DNA of 64,000 bases from Chlorobiota bacterium (GCA_044228685.1 JBGAUL010000006.1:74616-138615); one strand, 5' to 3'; counted from the first letter of the stretch, positions 10,468 to 21,271 are shown. Program-made: numbers and translations. Notes: generated from the sequence alone by a model not told the origin.

Positions 10468-11759
10468 CAGGCTTGTTGAAGTGATTTCAAGCGTGAGCGA
10501 TTGAAGCCAATCACGATTCCAATGGCGGTCATATTCGCCATCAAAGCCGTTCCACCGGAAGAAAGATAGGGCAAAGGAATTCCCATGACGGGCACTAAAC
10601 CTATAGCCATACCAATGTTGACGATGGTGTGATACAGTATGACGGATGCCATTCCAAAACTGAAGGCACTCTCGAAGGCATTGCGGGCATTACGGGCGAG
10701 TCGCACAAGTCGTAGAATGAGAAACAGCAACAGACCAAGTACTGTGACTGAGCCTGCAAAACCGAACTCTTCGCCCGGTACGTCATAGATAAAGTCCGTC
10801 CATTGCTCAGGAATGTAACGCAGCTGCGTCAGCGTTCCTTTCATGTAGCCTTTACCGGTCAAACCACCGCTACCAACAGCCATCATCGACTGCAGCACGT
10901 GATATCCTTCGTCCTTTGGGAACTTCTCGGGATCGAAGTATGTCCTAATCCGACTCTGCTGGTGCTCGGGCAACTTATGATACACAAAGCCCGAGCTCAT
11001 CCCGAGTCCGACAAAGACTGCAATGGCTCCAACAGTGAGAAAGATCGAGCGACGAAATGCTATTGCACCGGCTGAAGCGACGGCAATCATGACGTAGAGC
11101 GAAGTCTTGGTTTCGTGCAACACACCATACATTCCAACAATACCAATGAATGGAAGCATGGTTGAAACGTAGAGTAAAAAGAGATCACCACCGCACCACA
11201 ACATGGTACCCATCATCATGGCTATGAACACAGATGCTGTACCGGTGTCTTTTTCAGCAAGGACGAGAATGGTTGGTAAGAGTATGATTCCGCTTAGCCA
11301 ACCCACATCGCGAATCGAAGTAAGTGTAACACCTTTGCTTTCCATGAAGCGACCGATCATGAGTAAGGTGCTGAGCTTGGCGAATTCTGATGGCTGGAAC
11401 TGAACGCCGCCGATACTCATCCAGCAGATCTGACCATTAATACGCAGACCAAGACCGGGGATAAAGATCATGACTAGCAGCAAAAGCGATGCGCCGTAGG
11501 CAATGGGAGCAATTGATCTCAGAAAATGCTGAGGCAGAAAGATGAATGTCGTCATCAAACCCAAGCCAACAATCGAATAGATCAATTGCTTCATGAAGAA
11601 CTTGGACATCTGCGGCTCATAGGTCGCACTATAGATCGAGATCAACCCAATGGCGATCAGCGACAGCATTGCCAGAATCGTTGGGAAGTCGAAGGTATCG
11701 ACGCTCTTCTTTTCAAGCGTTTCGGAATACTCGTGCTCGTCGATGGTTGTGCTTGACAT
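10467..11759 (-). CDS. rodA: SEDS peptidoglycan polymerase RodA
   Basis: QPSEFAK, AVGSGGLTGKG, IPEQWTDFI, NIGMAIGLVPVMGIPLP. Confidence 0.9.
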   Translation of the reverse strand: MSSTTIDEHEYSETLEKKSVDTFDFPTILAMLSLIAIGLISIYSATYEPQMSKFFMKQLIYSIVGLGLMTTFIFLPQHFLRSIAPIAYGASLLLLVMIFIPGLGLRINGQICWMSIGGVQFQPSEFAKLSTLLMIGRFMESKGVTLTSIRDVGWLSGIILLPTILVLAEKDTGTASVFIAMMMGTMLWCGGDLFLLYVSTMLPFIGIVGMYGVLHETKTSLYVMIAVASAGAIAFRRSIFLTVGAIAVFVGLGMSSGFVYHKLPEHQQSRIRTYFDPEKFPKDEGYHVLQSMMAVGSGGLTGKGYMKGTLTQLRYIPEQWTDFIYDVPGEEFGFAGSVTVLGLLLFLILRLVRLARNARNAFESAFSFGMASVILYHTIVNIGMAIGLVPVMGIPLPYLSSGGTALMANMTAIGIVIGFNRSRLKSLQQA

Positions 11760-11773
11760 AGAAAGCGAAAAGA

Positions 11774-12667
11774 TTAAGCGCTAGTTGAATCAGACATAAG
11801 ACGTCTAGCTGCCTCTTGGTATTTGGCTAAGGTTTGAGCAATGATATCAGCCGGTAAGGTTGGAGCCGGAGCTTGCTTGTTCCAGTCTTGAGTCAACAGC
11901 CAATCGCGCAACACTTGCTTATCGAAATTCATCTGTGCTTTACCGGCTTCGTAGTGATCTGCGAGCCAGTAGCGTGAGGAGTCCGGTGTGAGAGCTTCGT
12001 CGATTAAAATGATCGATCCATCTTCAAGCTTACCAAACTCAAACTTGGTGTCAGCGAGGATAATTCCACGCTGCAATGCATAGTCTGCTGCGAACTGATA
12101 GAGTCGTATTGCAACGTCGCGCACAAACTCAGCAGTTTGCTGACCAACGATGGCAGCGGCTTGCTCGAAGGATATATTCTCGTCATGACCTTCCTCTGCC
12201 TTCGTTGCCGGGGTAAAAATTGGTTGGGGTAACTTCGAGGACTCAATGAGTCCGGCTGGAAGTGTTACACCACAAACCTGAGAATTTCTTTGATACTCAA
12301 CCCAACCGGAGCCAGCCAAGTAACCACGGACCACGCATTCGATGGGCAGAGGTTGTGTTTTACGCACAAGCATGAAGCGACCTTCGAGCTGATCGCGGTA
12401 TTGCTGGACTTCCGTGGGACAATCTTCGATGCGCGTGCTAATCACGTGATTGTCGATGATATGCCGCGTTTTTGAGAGCCAGAAGGTTGACAGTGACGTG
12501 AGAATCTCGCCTTTGCCCGGGATGGGTTCGGTCATGATCACATCGAAAGCGCTGATACGGTCGGTCGCGACCATTAACAACGTGCTTCCAAGGTCATACA
12601 CATCCCGCACCTTTCCACGACGAAACAGTGGGATAGACGGCAAATTCGTTTGATACAAGGCACTCAT
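11774..12667 (-). CDS. purC: SAICAR synthetase
   Basis: RGKVRDVY, TDRISAFD, ECVVRGYLAGSG, ADTKFEFG, DEALTPDSSR; start moved to MSALYQ. Confidence 0.96.
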   Translation of the reverse strand: MSALYQTNLPSIPLFRRGKVRDVYDLGSTLLMVATDRISAFDVIMTEPIPGKGEILTSLSTFWLSKTRHIIDNHVISTRIEDCPTEVQQYRDQLEGRFMLVRKTQPLPIECVVRGYLAGSGWVEYQRNSQVCGVTLPAGLIESSKLPQPIFTPATKAEEGHDENISFEQAAAIVGQQTAEFVRDVAIRLYQFAADYALQRGIILADTKFEFGKLEDGSIILIDEALTPDSSRYWLADHYEAGKAQMNFDKQVLRDWLLTQDWNKQAPAPTLPADIIAQTLAKYQEAARRLMSDSTSA

Positions 12668-12994
12668 GGCGGGTCCGATCATTATGCTGAATGGCAAAAA
12701 TACAAAGTCGGACTCAGCACCATAGAAGAAAGCGCGCAAGACTTTGGAAATCTTAACACGAGAGCTACCAATACTCATGAGCGAGTGCCGTCTATGACCA
12801 AAGATCTGTTCCTTCGGTCCGTTGGCCTCACTCGAGTGTTCTCGAAGCCCCAGCCATGGTCCCCAGCGCCCCTGAATCATCGGTATAACTACTTATTAAC
12901 AGGCGCTAACACAGATTAACCCTTGAGATTTTGATAAAAATTCTATTTTGCGCTCAGTGAATCAATTCATTAACCAATTATAGGTGGAGATTGT

Positions 12995-14089
12995 ATGACA
13001 CTATTTAGACGCGTTGCCCTTGGCGCGCTGGTGATGAGCTATGCTTTTGGCTCTTCATTGGTCGCTCAAGCAGTTCAGGCAGAAAATTCTACACACGCAT
13101 ATGTTGCCCCGGCTAGCCCGGCACGTGAGTACGGATATATCGGTGTGCAGCTGAATGTTCGCCCAAGCGATTTCGCTTTGGTAATTGATCACGTCATCCG
13201 TGGATCAAAGGCACAGTTTTCTGGCTTGCAGGATGGTGACGTTCTGATGAAAGTAGAGAACCAAGACGTTCATTCGAATTGCGAACTCTATCATGCAATT
13301 GGTAGCAAAGGTCCTGGCGACGACATCCTCGTCACCATCGGTCGCAACGGCGAAACAATGGAGTTGCACGTTACCTTGTCAACAGCACAAGAAATTCAGA
13401 ACGCGCAAAACCAACCTTCGACAATGCCTCCGTCAAACGGCAACTATGCATCAGCATGTGAGCGTCTTGAGAAGGAATTCTACAACAACCCATTGTTGGG
13501 TGTGTATGTGAATTCAACAGGAAGCGCAACATTGACCGGCACAATTCCAAACACTGCAGCAGCACGTGTTGAATTGCAACCGGGTGATGTTATCGAGCAA
13601 TTGGATGGCAAGGATATCCCAACCTTCAACGATTTGAAGACTCAGATTTCGACACACCGTCCAGGTGACCACGTTATCGTTACCTATCGTCGCGATGGCG
13701 TCGTTCGTAACGCTGAAGCAATTTTGAATTCATACGCTGACGTTAACCAGGAGATGGTTAGCAAGCTCAGCGAAGAATGCAACAAGCGCAACGGCGGTTT
13801 CATCGCCGGCGAGCGTCTGAACAAGGTTGATGTTAGCCCAGCTACTTTGAACCTCGCTCCAAACCCGGCAACGGGTGTGGTTAAGATCGCTCTCACAGGA
13901 CTTGAAGCACAAGACATCACAGTCCGCGTTACTGACTTGATTGGCAACAAGTTCATCGATCAACACTTCAGCAACAACTCACAAAGCTTTGCAACAACAC
14001 TCGATTTGAGTGATGTTCCAAAAGGTGTTTATGTCGTGAGCATTCTTCAATCCGGCAAATCCATCAAGGAAAAGTTGATTGTAGAGTAA
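12995..14089 (+). CDS. secreted tandem-PDZ protein with T9SS-type C-terminal sorting domain
   Basis: Signal peptide; two PDZ units (GYIGV..GLQDGDVL..PGD; LLGV..LQPGDVI..PGD); CTD pattern APNPATG...GVYVV...KLIVE. Confidence 0.8.
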   Translation: MTLFRRVALGALVMSYAFGSSLVAQAVQAENSTHAYVAPASPAREYGYIGVQLNVRPSDFALVIDHVIRGSKAQFSGLQDGDVLMKVENQDVHSNCELYHAIGSKGPGDDILVTIGRNGETMELHVTLSTAQEIQNAQNQPSTMPPSNGNYASACERLEKEFYNNPLLGVYVNSTGSATLTGTIPNTAAARVELQPGDVIEQLDGKDIPTFNDLKTQISTHRPGDHVIVTYRRDGVVRNAEAILNSYADVNQEMVSKLSEECNKRNGGFIAGERLNKVDVSPATLNLAPNPATGVVKIALTGLEAQDITVRVTDLIGNKFIDQHFSNNSQSFATTLDLSDVPKGVYVVSILQSGKSIKEKLIVE

Positions 14090-14115
14090 GAGCAATTCAG
14101 AAGTCTTACAAAGAC

Positions 14116-14146
14116 AAAAGGCGCATCGTTGATGCGCCTTTTTTTT
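14116..14146 (+). terminator. intrinsic (probably bidirectional) terminator
   Basis: AAAAGGCGCATC-GTT-GATGCGCC followed by T8. Confidence 0.9.
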
Positions 14147-14182
14147 ATGCCGTAATGTTTCTTCTATTCAATCTTCGAGTCT

Positions 14183-15607
14183 CTAAAAATCACCTCGACC
14201 AAAGATCATCACCGGAATAGTCTTCAGCATGATCTGGATATCAAGCCAGGGCGACATGTTTTCGATGTAGTAGTAATCGAGCATTACCATGTCGTTGAAG
14301 GATGTTGTCTTTCTGTCGGAAACTTGCCACAGTCCTGTGCAACCTGGAAGAACTGAAACACGCTTCTTGTGCCAGTCGCTGTAGAGAGCGTATTCGTGTG
14401 GCAAACAAGGACGAGGTCCGACCAAACTCATGTCGCCACGCAACACATTCCAAAGCTGCGGCAATTCATCAAGCGAAGTCTTGCGCATCAACTTGCCGAT
14501 GCGTGTGACGCGATCGTCGTTGATGATCTTCCCTACTGCCTGATTGTCCTTGATGTAGGACTCATACTGCTTCTGCAGCACCGTTGCATCATGCGTCTCA
14601 GTTGCCGGACGCATGGATCGAAACTTGTAGAAGTTGAAGACGCTGCCATCACGTCCGACGCGACGTGAACGGTAGAATACAGGTCCTCGTGAACTGAGTT
14701 TTACAGCAACGGCTAGTGCCATAAAGACCGGACTCAAAACAAGCAGTCCCAGTATTGAGAAGGACACATCCATCCCCCGTTTGATAATCCGCGCACCAAG
14801 ATTGTTTTTTGAACCGTGAAAGTGAATTACCGGAAACTCAACGTCCGGTGAATAGGTGCCACGCTTGTTGAGAATTCCGCTGCCCGCTGATGCAACATCA
14901 ACTTGCGCTCCGAGGCTTGTGCATTGGTCAGCCAGATCGAGTATTTCTCCCGCAGCCAGACTGTCACTAGCAATCACAAAACGATGTATCTGATGTTGTC
15001 GAGCGATTGAACGAATTTCTTTTTTGGTCCCGAGGATGCGATAGGAATGCGGCGCACCGCCGGGATGATGCACAGCATCGTCAATGATTCCAATCAATTC
15101 AACGTCGGCGTCTTTCTTCAAACTGAGTCGTGATGCGAGATCCAAGCCACGACGAGAACTTCCGATAATGGCAGTGCGCTTGATGAAGCGCTGGGAGAGC
15201 GATGAGCGCGACCAGAGAAAGCGAAACACGATCATTCGCCAGGTTGCGAGGAGAAGGATGCCACAAGGATAGACGAATGCATTAACGGTTCTGCTTCCAA
15301 ACCAGTTATCAGGACGAAGAACATACTCCGTCAAAACCGCAACCATGAATGCTATCAATGCAGATTTAAAGAGCAATACCGATTGCTCACTGCGATTCAT
15401 AACAACAGCATGATGATAGAGATTGTGAAACTCCATCGCAAAAACCCACACGAGTGCGAATGCTCCAAACGACAACATGTTGTAGCTGTTGAGCGTAGCA
15501 CTTTTGCCGGGAAGTAACATCATCGCTAACACAAAACTTCCAACGATGCAGATGTAGTCTCCCGCCGCCAAAATCCATTTATACCGCGGAATTGAACCCG
15601 GAGTCAT
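14183..15607 (-). CDS. polyprenyl-phosphate sugar phosphotransferase (WcaJ/CpsE-like priming glycosyltransferase)
   Basis: 4 N-terminal TMs, CoA-binding-like domain, [46 protein letters not shown]. Confidence 0.92.
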   Translation of the reverse strand: MTPGSIPRYKWILAAGDYICIVGSFVLAMMLLPGKSATLNSYNMLSFGAFALVWVFAMEFHNLYHHAVVMNRSEQSVLLFKSALIAFMVAVLTEYVLRPDNWFGSRTVNAFVYPCGILLLATWRMIVFRFLWSRSSLSQRFIKRTAIIGSSRRGLDLASRLSLKKDADVELIGIIDDAVHHPGGAPHSYRILGTKKEIRSIARQHQIHRFVIASDSLAAGEILDLADQCTSLGAQVDVASAGSGILNKRGTYSPDVEFPVIHFHGSKNNLGARIIKRGMDVSFSILGLLVLSPVFMALAVAVKLSSRGPVFYRSRRVGRDGSVFNFYKFRSMRPATETHDATVLQKQYESYIKDNQAVGKIINDDRVTRIGKLMRKTSLDELPQLWNVLRGDMSLVGPRPCLPHEYALYSDWHKKRVSVLPGCTGLWQVSDRKTTSFNDMVMLDYYYIENMSPWLDIQIMLKTIPVMIFGRGDF

Positions 15608-15680
15608 TGATTCCTCCTAGAATGACTCCGCAGATACTCAAAAAACCGTGCCAAGCAGGACTTCGCGCACCAAGTGCCTG

Positions 15681-16994
15681 TTATTTATGGAGGTTATCCC
15701 ATTCGTCAATTATCAAATCCGTCTCCTCAAAAGGAGTTTCAGCAATCTGAAGACATTCTCGCATCAAAGGTTCTACCCTTTCGATGGCAACTTCGCTCGT
15801 GGCTTCTATGCTATACCACTCCTCTCCTTTTTCTATGGAATCGCCCGGTCTTTTGAAGAAACGAAAACCGGCTGCAAAGTCAATTAGATCGTCATGACGC
15901 TTACGGCCGGCACCTAACTCAATCGCCGCCAAACCAATTTCCCGTGTTCTCGCATTTTGAATGATGCCACTGTGCGGTGCACGAATGATACGCTTCTTGG
16001 AAGCTGAGCATGTTTCTTGTGCTCTTTGCCAGTTGCCACCTTGTGCACTGATCAGACGATGAAAACGCTCATGTGCCTGACCGCTTCGCCAGACATGCTC
16101 GACTTTGTTACGTGCAGCTGTATCGTCGAGACGTGGATCAGCCATCTGCAGCATGCGCATTGCTTGCACGCAGGTGAGTTCTTTGAGGTCTGATGGTGTG
16201 GACTCGAAGTCCGCAAGACATTGCTCGGTCTCCTGCATCTCCAGCCAATTGCCAACTGCGCGTCCAAGAGGATTATCCATTCGACTGAAAATTATGCGCA
16301 TCGGCAATGATACTTCCGTGGCAACTGAGAGCATACTGGTGGCTAATTCGTTGGCCTGCTCTCGTGTGCTCATGAAAGCACCTCGACCAACCTTCATGTC
16401 GAGAATGAGTGCGTCGAGATCTTCCACTAGCTTCTTCGACAAGATCGAGGCACAGATAAGACTGGTTGATTCAATCGTTCCGGTCACGTCCCGCAAGGCA
16501 TAGAGTATTCGATCCGCAGGCGCAACCTCATCGGATGCTTTGATCATAAAACAGGAATTTGACCTGAGCAAGCCGAGTAGCTCGGTGTCGCTGAAGTTCA
16601 TGCGGAATCCGGGGATAGACTCGAGTTTGTCGACGGTGCCGCCGGTGTGACCAAGACCACGTCCACTCATCATCGGCACGGCAATGTCACAGCAGGCAAC
16701 AATGGGTACCAAGAGCAACGAAATCTTGTCGCCTACGCCTCCGGTTGAGTGTTTGTCAATGACCGGTCGTCCTAATTCGCGAAACGAGTATTTGCGCCCG
16801 CTATCACTCATACCAAGGGTCAGCACTCCCGTTTCTTTGGCACTCAAACCTCGCGTACATGCAGCCATCAGAAATGCAGCTGCTTGTGCTTCGCTAATGG
16901 ATCCATCAACGATGCCTCGAAGGAGAAAATTCAATTCGTCCGGACTAAGCTCTTGTCCGTCGCGCTTCTTGCGCAGCAATTCCGAAGGAATCAT
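15681..16994 (-). CDS. pdp: pyrimidine-nucleoside/thymidine phosphorylase
   Basis: KKRDG, DKHSTGGVGDK, MMSGRGLGHTGGTVDKLESIPG, YALRDVTGT, SILSKKL, LGAGR; start moved to MIPSEL. Confidence 0.95.
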   Translation of the reverse strand: MIPSELLRKKRDGQELSPDELNFLLRGIVDGSISEAQAAAFLMAACTRGLSAKETGVLTLGMSDSGRKYSFRELGRPVIDKHSTGGVGDKISLLLVPIVACCDIAVPMMSGRGLGHTGGTVDKLESIPGFRMNFSDTELLGLLRSNSCFMIKASDEVAPADRILYALRDVTGTIESTSLICASILSKKLVEDLDALILDMKVGRGAFMSTREQANELATSMLSVATEVSLPMRIIFSRMDNPLGRAVGNWLEMQETEQCLADFESTPSDLKELTCVQAMRMLQMADPRLDDTAARNKVEHVWRSGQAHERFHRLISAQGGNWQRAQETCSASKKRIIRAPHSGIIQNARTREIGLAAIELGAGRKRHDDLIDFAAGFRFFKRPGDSIEKGEEWYSIEATSEVAIERVEPLMRECLQIAETPFEETDLIIDEWDNLHK

Positions 16995-17038
16995 GACCGT
17001 GGTTGTAAATTTGTTGGATTCTATCCTGCACATCGTTC

Positions 17039-17812
17039 ATGGACTTCATCCGACCGCTGTCTGAAAACAATCGCAAGCAAATACGCTCTCTTCATCGAAA
17101 GAAGAATAGGGATGAATTGCGTTTGTTCTTAGCCGAGGGACCAACCGTCCTCAACGAAGTTCTGCTTAGCTCATTCACCGTGCATAGCGTGGTTGTGCAA
17201 AGCGATAGTCAAGCGGAGTTCTCGGCTCTACTCTATCGTTGTCATCAACAGCGAATTGATGTGTACAGCGAACATACGCGACATTTTGCAGCTATCAGTG
17301 AAACGCAGAGTCCACAGGGCATACTCGCCGTCGTTGAGTATCCTGCACACATGCTTCAACCATCAACCGGATCAGTCGTCATTCTCGACGGCATCGCCGA
17401 TCCCGGGAATGCAGGAACGATTGTTCGCAGTGCACATTTCTTTGGTTATGATCGGGTTGTCTTGAGCACCGACTCTGTGGATCCATACAACTCCAAAGTT
17501 GTGCGATCCAGCATGGGCTCTTTGTTCCACCTTAGCGTTGAGGTCGTTGAACTCATGGACTACTTGCAGAAGCTGCGCAATTCTCATACGATCTACGCAG
17601 CCGTTGCGCATGATGGCACGAGCATACACAACCTAAAAACTCAAGCTCCTTGCGCTCTTGTCGTTGGTAGTGAAGCTCATGGCATCCGTCCTGCAGTGGC
17701 AGCAATGGCACATCATCTCTTCAGCATAGAAGGCACAGGCGGAGCTGAGTCATTGAATGCTGCGGTAGCCGCGGCTATTAGTCTTTATCACTTTGCACCT
17801 CGTCAGGCATGA
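17039..17812 (+). CDS. TrmH/SpoU-family RNA 2'-O-methyltransferase
   Basis: DPGNAGTIVRSA, VRSSMGS, GSEAHGI, ESLNAAVAAAI SPOUT motifs. Confidence 0.92.
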   Translation: MDFIRPLSENNRKQIRSLHRKKNRDELRLFLAEGPTVLNEVLLSSFTVHSVVVQSDSQAEFSALLYRCHQQRIDVYSEHTRHFAAISETQSPQGILAVVEYPAHMLQPSTGSVVILDGIADPGNAGTIVRSAHFFGYDRVVLSTDSVDPYNSKVVRSSMGSLFHLSVEVVELMDYLQKLRNSHTIYAAVAHDGTSIHNLKTQAPCALVVGSEAHGIRPAVAAMAHHLFSIEGTGGAESLNAAVAAAISLYHFAPRQA

Positions 17813-19092
17813 ACGTTCTTCTAGCCACCAACAACGTCCATAAAGTTGAGGAAATGCGCAGCATACTCTCGCAACGCCTTCCACACCTAAAGCTCCACAC
17901 ATTGAACGAAGTTGGTATTGATGCACTGGACGTTGAAGAAAGTGGATTGACGCTAGAAGAGAATGCCTACATCAAAGCAATGGCTTTTTTCAAAGCCAGC
18001 TCCATGCCCTGCATTGCAGATGATACCGGACTTGAAATCGACGCGCTGAATGGTGCTCCGGGCGTACACACTGCTCGCTTTGCCGGGGAGCAAGCAACGG
18101 CAGCAGACAACATCGCGCGCGTGATGCAAGAGATGAGCTCGGTTGCTCCGGGACTACGTCAAGCACAGTTCCGAACAGTGATTTGTTATGTGGACGAGCA
18201 GCGTTGCTTGTTTGCCGAAGGACAGTGCGATGGCAGTATAGCAACTGAACAACAAGGCGCTGCGGGCTTTGGCTATGATCCGATTTTCATTCCCAATGGC
18301 GACAAGCGCAGCTTTGCCGAAATGAGTGCGGACGAAAAGAACGCCATTTCACACCGCGGTTTGGCATTGCAGAATTTTGCCAAAACCCTTGAACTGTACT
18401 TTGGCGATGAAGCAAAGGCAGACTCAAGTACTTCAACGGAAGCATCGCGTCATCGCTCAGGTGATTTGCATCTTGATCACCGTCGAACATTATGCATGGC
18501 GGCAGCTGCTGCTGCAGTTCAGAACACTTCCGTTTTAAGCAAGTGTATCGATGAGTGGATTAGTTCTGAGAGCACTGCACACAACATCGATGCCTTGTAT
18601 GAAGCACTGTTACAGACATATCTTTTTGCCGGATTCCCTGCTGCACTAGAGTCGCTGAGTCTGCTTCATGCACGTGTTCGAGCTCTGCAGATTCCATGGT
18701 ATGCCGAAGATGATGAGAACTACGATGTGGAGCGCTTTCTGCACCGTGGTATAGAGTGTTGTAAAAGTATTTACACCTCGGTGTACACAACGATGCGTGA
18801 GCGTTTGTCGGTAGTAAGTCCGCATTTGGATGATTGGATGGTGATTGAGGGATACGGCAAGACTCTTTCACGTCCACGACTCGACCTCATTAGCCGCGAA
18901 CTCGTCAATGTTGCAGTTCTATGCTGCACGGCATGGCCACGTCAACTCTACTCTCACCTGCGTGGCGCAATGAATGTCGGAGCAACTGACGAAGAATGTC
19001 GTGCAGCCTTGCAATGCGCCTTGGAATTGCGCGGTGAGGGAGTATTTTCGGATGCGATGGAGGTTTGGAATAAGGTCAGGTCAGAACGCTGA
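17809..19092 (+). CDS. rdgB: RdgB/HAM1 non-canonical purine NTP pyrophosphatase fused to a carboxymuconolactone-decarboxylase (CMD/AhpD-like) domain
   Basis: N-half: ATNNVHKVEE, ADDTGLE, GAPGVHTARF, GFGYDPIF, KNAISHRG. C-half: LQTYLFAGFP, EGYGKTLSRP, RELVNVA, QLYSHLRGAMNVG. Confidence 0.88.
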   Translation: MNVLLATNNVHKVEEMRSILSQRLPHLKLHTLNEVGIDALDVEESGLTLEENAYIKAMAFFKASSMPCIADDTGLEIDALNGAPGVHTARFAGEQATAADNIARVMQEMSSVAPGLRQAQFRTVICYVDEQRCLFAEGQCDGSIATEQQGAAGFGYDPIFIPNGDKRSFAEMSADEKNAISHRGLALQNFAKTLELYFGDEAKADSSTSTEASRHRSGDLHLDHRRTLCMAAAAAAVQNTSVLSKCIDEWISSESTAHNIDALYEALLQTYLFAGFPAALESLSLLHARVRALQIPWYAEDDENYDVERFLHRGIECCKSIYTSVYTTMRERLSVVSPHLDDWMVIEGYGKTLSRPRLDLISRELVNVAVLCCTAWPRQLYSHLRGAMNVGATDEECRAALQCALELRGEGVFSDAMEVWNKVRSER

Positions 19093-19232
19093 TCGAGTGA
19101 GCACCACGTGAACACCAAGTGTACTCTACTTGGCACACTACACAGTCGATCTTCGCGTTAATCAACAAAGGAAACATCGTCATGCGAATGCAGGCTGCAT
19201 CCATATCGCTAGTCTTCAATCACTGCACCACA

Positions 19233-20807
19233 ATGCACACAATTTTTACAGAAGGTCGATTCCAATTGAGTAGATCTGCTAAGTGCCTACTGGTTGTTAT
19301 ACTGCTGTGCGTAGTGAGCATCTCGACTTCATACGCACAAGCAACGCAGCGCGTGGATACACTTAAGCCCGAGCGACGTAGTCAGCGTTCGGCAATCAAA
19401 GAACTGCAAAACGATATCGACGGCTTGTTGAAGTCGCGTGATTTTTCCAATGCCCACATTGGCATTTCCGTTCTCTCCGCCGACAACGGCGAAGCACTGT
19501 ATCGCGAAAACGAAACGAAGAACTTCATTCCAGCAAGTACGCTGAAGCTCTTTACCACAGCGGCGGCTTTGGACTACTTGGGTAAGGAATTTCGATACTC
19601 AACAAGACTATATCTCGACGGAAAGATCAGCAGCGGCGGCGAGTTCACGGGCAACATCATCCTTCGCGGTGTGGGCGATCCGACATGGAGTGAGTATTTC
19701 AAGAGTGACGCTGCAGCAATTTTCGACGCGTGGATGACAAAGTTTGATTCGCTTGGTATCAAGAGTATCAAAGGCAATCTTATCGGTGACGATTCCTACT
19801 TCGACAACGAACACTACGCAAGTGGATGGTCATGGGATGATATGAGCTATCCCTACTCTGCTCAAGTAAGCGCACTCTCAGCTGAGGACAATAGCATTGA
19901 GATAAGCATCATGCCCGGGACGATTGTTGGAGAACAGCCCAAAGTGACGATCAAACCGGACACTCGCTATGTGCGTATCATCAACAATCTGGTGACGGTA
20001 AATTCTAGCGAAGGCACAGAGGTGACTCCCGTTCGCGTTCCGAACTCCAATGTCATTGAGCTGCGCGGTCATATCGCACTCGAGGCAAAAGCAGGCATTG
20101 AACCTACTGTCATTAGCGTGACTATCGACAACCCGACCCTCTTTGTGCTACACTTGCTCCGTCAAGCTTTTGAATTGCACCAAATCAAGGTCAGAGGATT
20201 AGTCTTGGACATCGACAACTGGAATGAACGCATCAGTTATGCTGACCTCCAACCGTTTTGCGAACACACTTCTCCTCCGCTGCAAGACATCGTGGCCGTG
20301 ATCAACACACAATCACACAATCTCTGCGCAGAGAGCTTGCTCAAGACTTTGGGCAAGGAAAGTAGTGGTAACGGAAGTTTTACGGCTGGAATTGAAACGG
20401 TCAAGAAGTACATCATGAAGCTGGGAATTCAGCACGACGACTTCATCATGAATGATGGCAGTGGTTTGTCGCGCTTGAATCTCTGTTCGCCTCATCAATT
20501 GGCTCAGCTCCTGTGGGCAGTACGCAAGAGCGACATCAAACAGGAGTTTGAATCATCACTGGCTCTTCCAGGCGAAGCAGGAACGATGCGCAATCGAACA
20601 GTTGGAACCTTAGCTGAGAAGAAATTGCGTGCAAAGACCGGGTCGATGAATAACGTGTCTACGCTTGCAGGCTACGTCACAACCCGCGACGGAGAAACGC
20701 TGTGCTTCGCCATCATGATGAATAACTTCACTGTGCCTGAAGCCCTCGCCCGCAACCTTCAGGATCTCATTTGCATGCGTCTTGCAAGCTTCTCGCGCCG
20801 AAGCTAA
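19233..20807 (+). CDS. dacB: D-Ala-D-Ala carboxypeptidase/endopeptidase PBP4 (peptidase S13)
   Basis: PASTLKL (SxxK), SHN (SxN), DGSGLSR, KTG motifs; exact start uncertain. Confidence 0.93.
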   Translation: MHTIFTEGRFQLSRSAKCLLVVILLCVVSISTSYAQATQRVDTLKPERRSQRSAIKELQNDIDGLLKSRDFSNAHIGISVLSADNGEALYRENETKNFIPASTLKLFTTAAALDYLGKEFRYSTRLYLDGKISSGGEFTGNIILRGVGDPTWSEYFKSDAAAIFDAWMTKFDSLGIKSIKGNLIGDDSYFDNEHYASGWSWDDMSYPYSAQVSALSAEDNSIEISIMPGTIVGEQPKVTIKPDTRYVRIINNLVTVNSSEGTEVTPVRVPNSNVIELRGHIALEAKAGIEPTVISVTIDNPTLFVLHLLRQAFELHQIKVRGLVLDIDNWNERISYADLQPFCEHTSPPLQDIVAVINTQSHNLCAESLLKTLGKESSGNGSFTAGIETVKKYIMKLGIQHDDFIMNDGSGLSRLNLCSPHQLAQLLWAVRKSDIKQEFESSLALPGEAGTMRNRTVGTLAEKKLRAKTGSMNNVSTLAGYVTTRDGETLCFAIMMNNFTVPEALARNLQDLICMRLASFSRRS

Positions 20808-20828
20808 AGAGCATAGTGCGTGGATGAA

Positions 20829-21266
20829 TTAATAACGCATCCACATCTCCCATCCTTTGAGGCGTACAACGCCAACGATTATTAGCACAAGCGATGCTAG
20901 ACTAAAAATGAAAGCCATGCGAGCCTGACGACTTGGTTCTTTGCGACGAGCAGCAGCTGCTGCGTGACTTAATCCCAGGGCAATGATCATGGTCGTAGCG
21001 TGTTCCATCTGCAAGCGAACAGGCGTCAGTGAGGCTCCGATCTGCATTGCCGGAATCACTAAGCTTCCGAGCTGAATCAAGCCAAGAACAAATTGAATCG
21101 AAAACAAAATCGAATACAACTTCAGCGCCATGGTGTCGCGATTGTCCAGTGGCGCCCTTTGACGCATCCGTTGAAAGGTACTCACGACAATGAAGAGAGC
21201 TAGAAGGGCCAAAATCCAGCGTTCCACTGCATGAAGAGTATGAACAAAGCCGAGAAAGAGTTCCAT
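20829..21266 (-). CDS. 4-TM membrane protein, cytochrome-b-like family
   Basis: LHAVERW and MEHATTMIIALGLSH His-containing TM pattern; start moved to MELFLG. Confidence 0.6.
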   Translation of the reverse strand: MELFLGFVHTLHAVERWILALLALFIVVSTFQRMRQRAPLDNRDTMALKLYSILFSIQFVLGLIQLGSLVIPAMQIGASLTPVRLQMEHATTMIIALGLSHAAAAARRKEPSRQARMAFIFSLASLVLIIVGVVRLKGWEMWMRY

Positions 21267-21271
21267 ATGAT

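Noticed and set aside
12668-12880. 71-aa N-terminal extension of PurC, or a purine/ZTP riboswitch in this region
   Set aside because: A promoter-like motif sits about 30 nt from the MSALYQ start; the extension looks non-protein-like and I see no aptamer consensus
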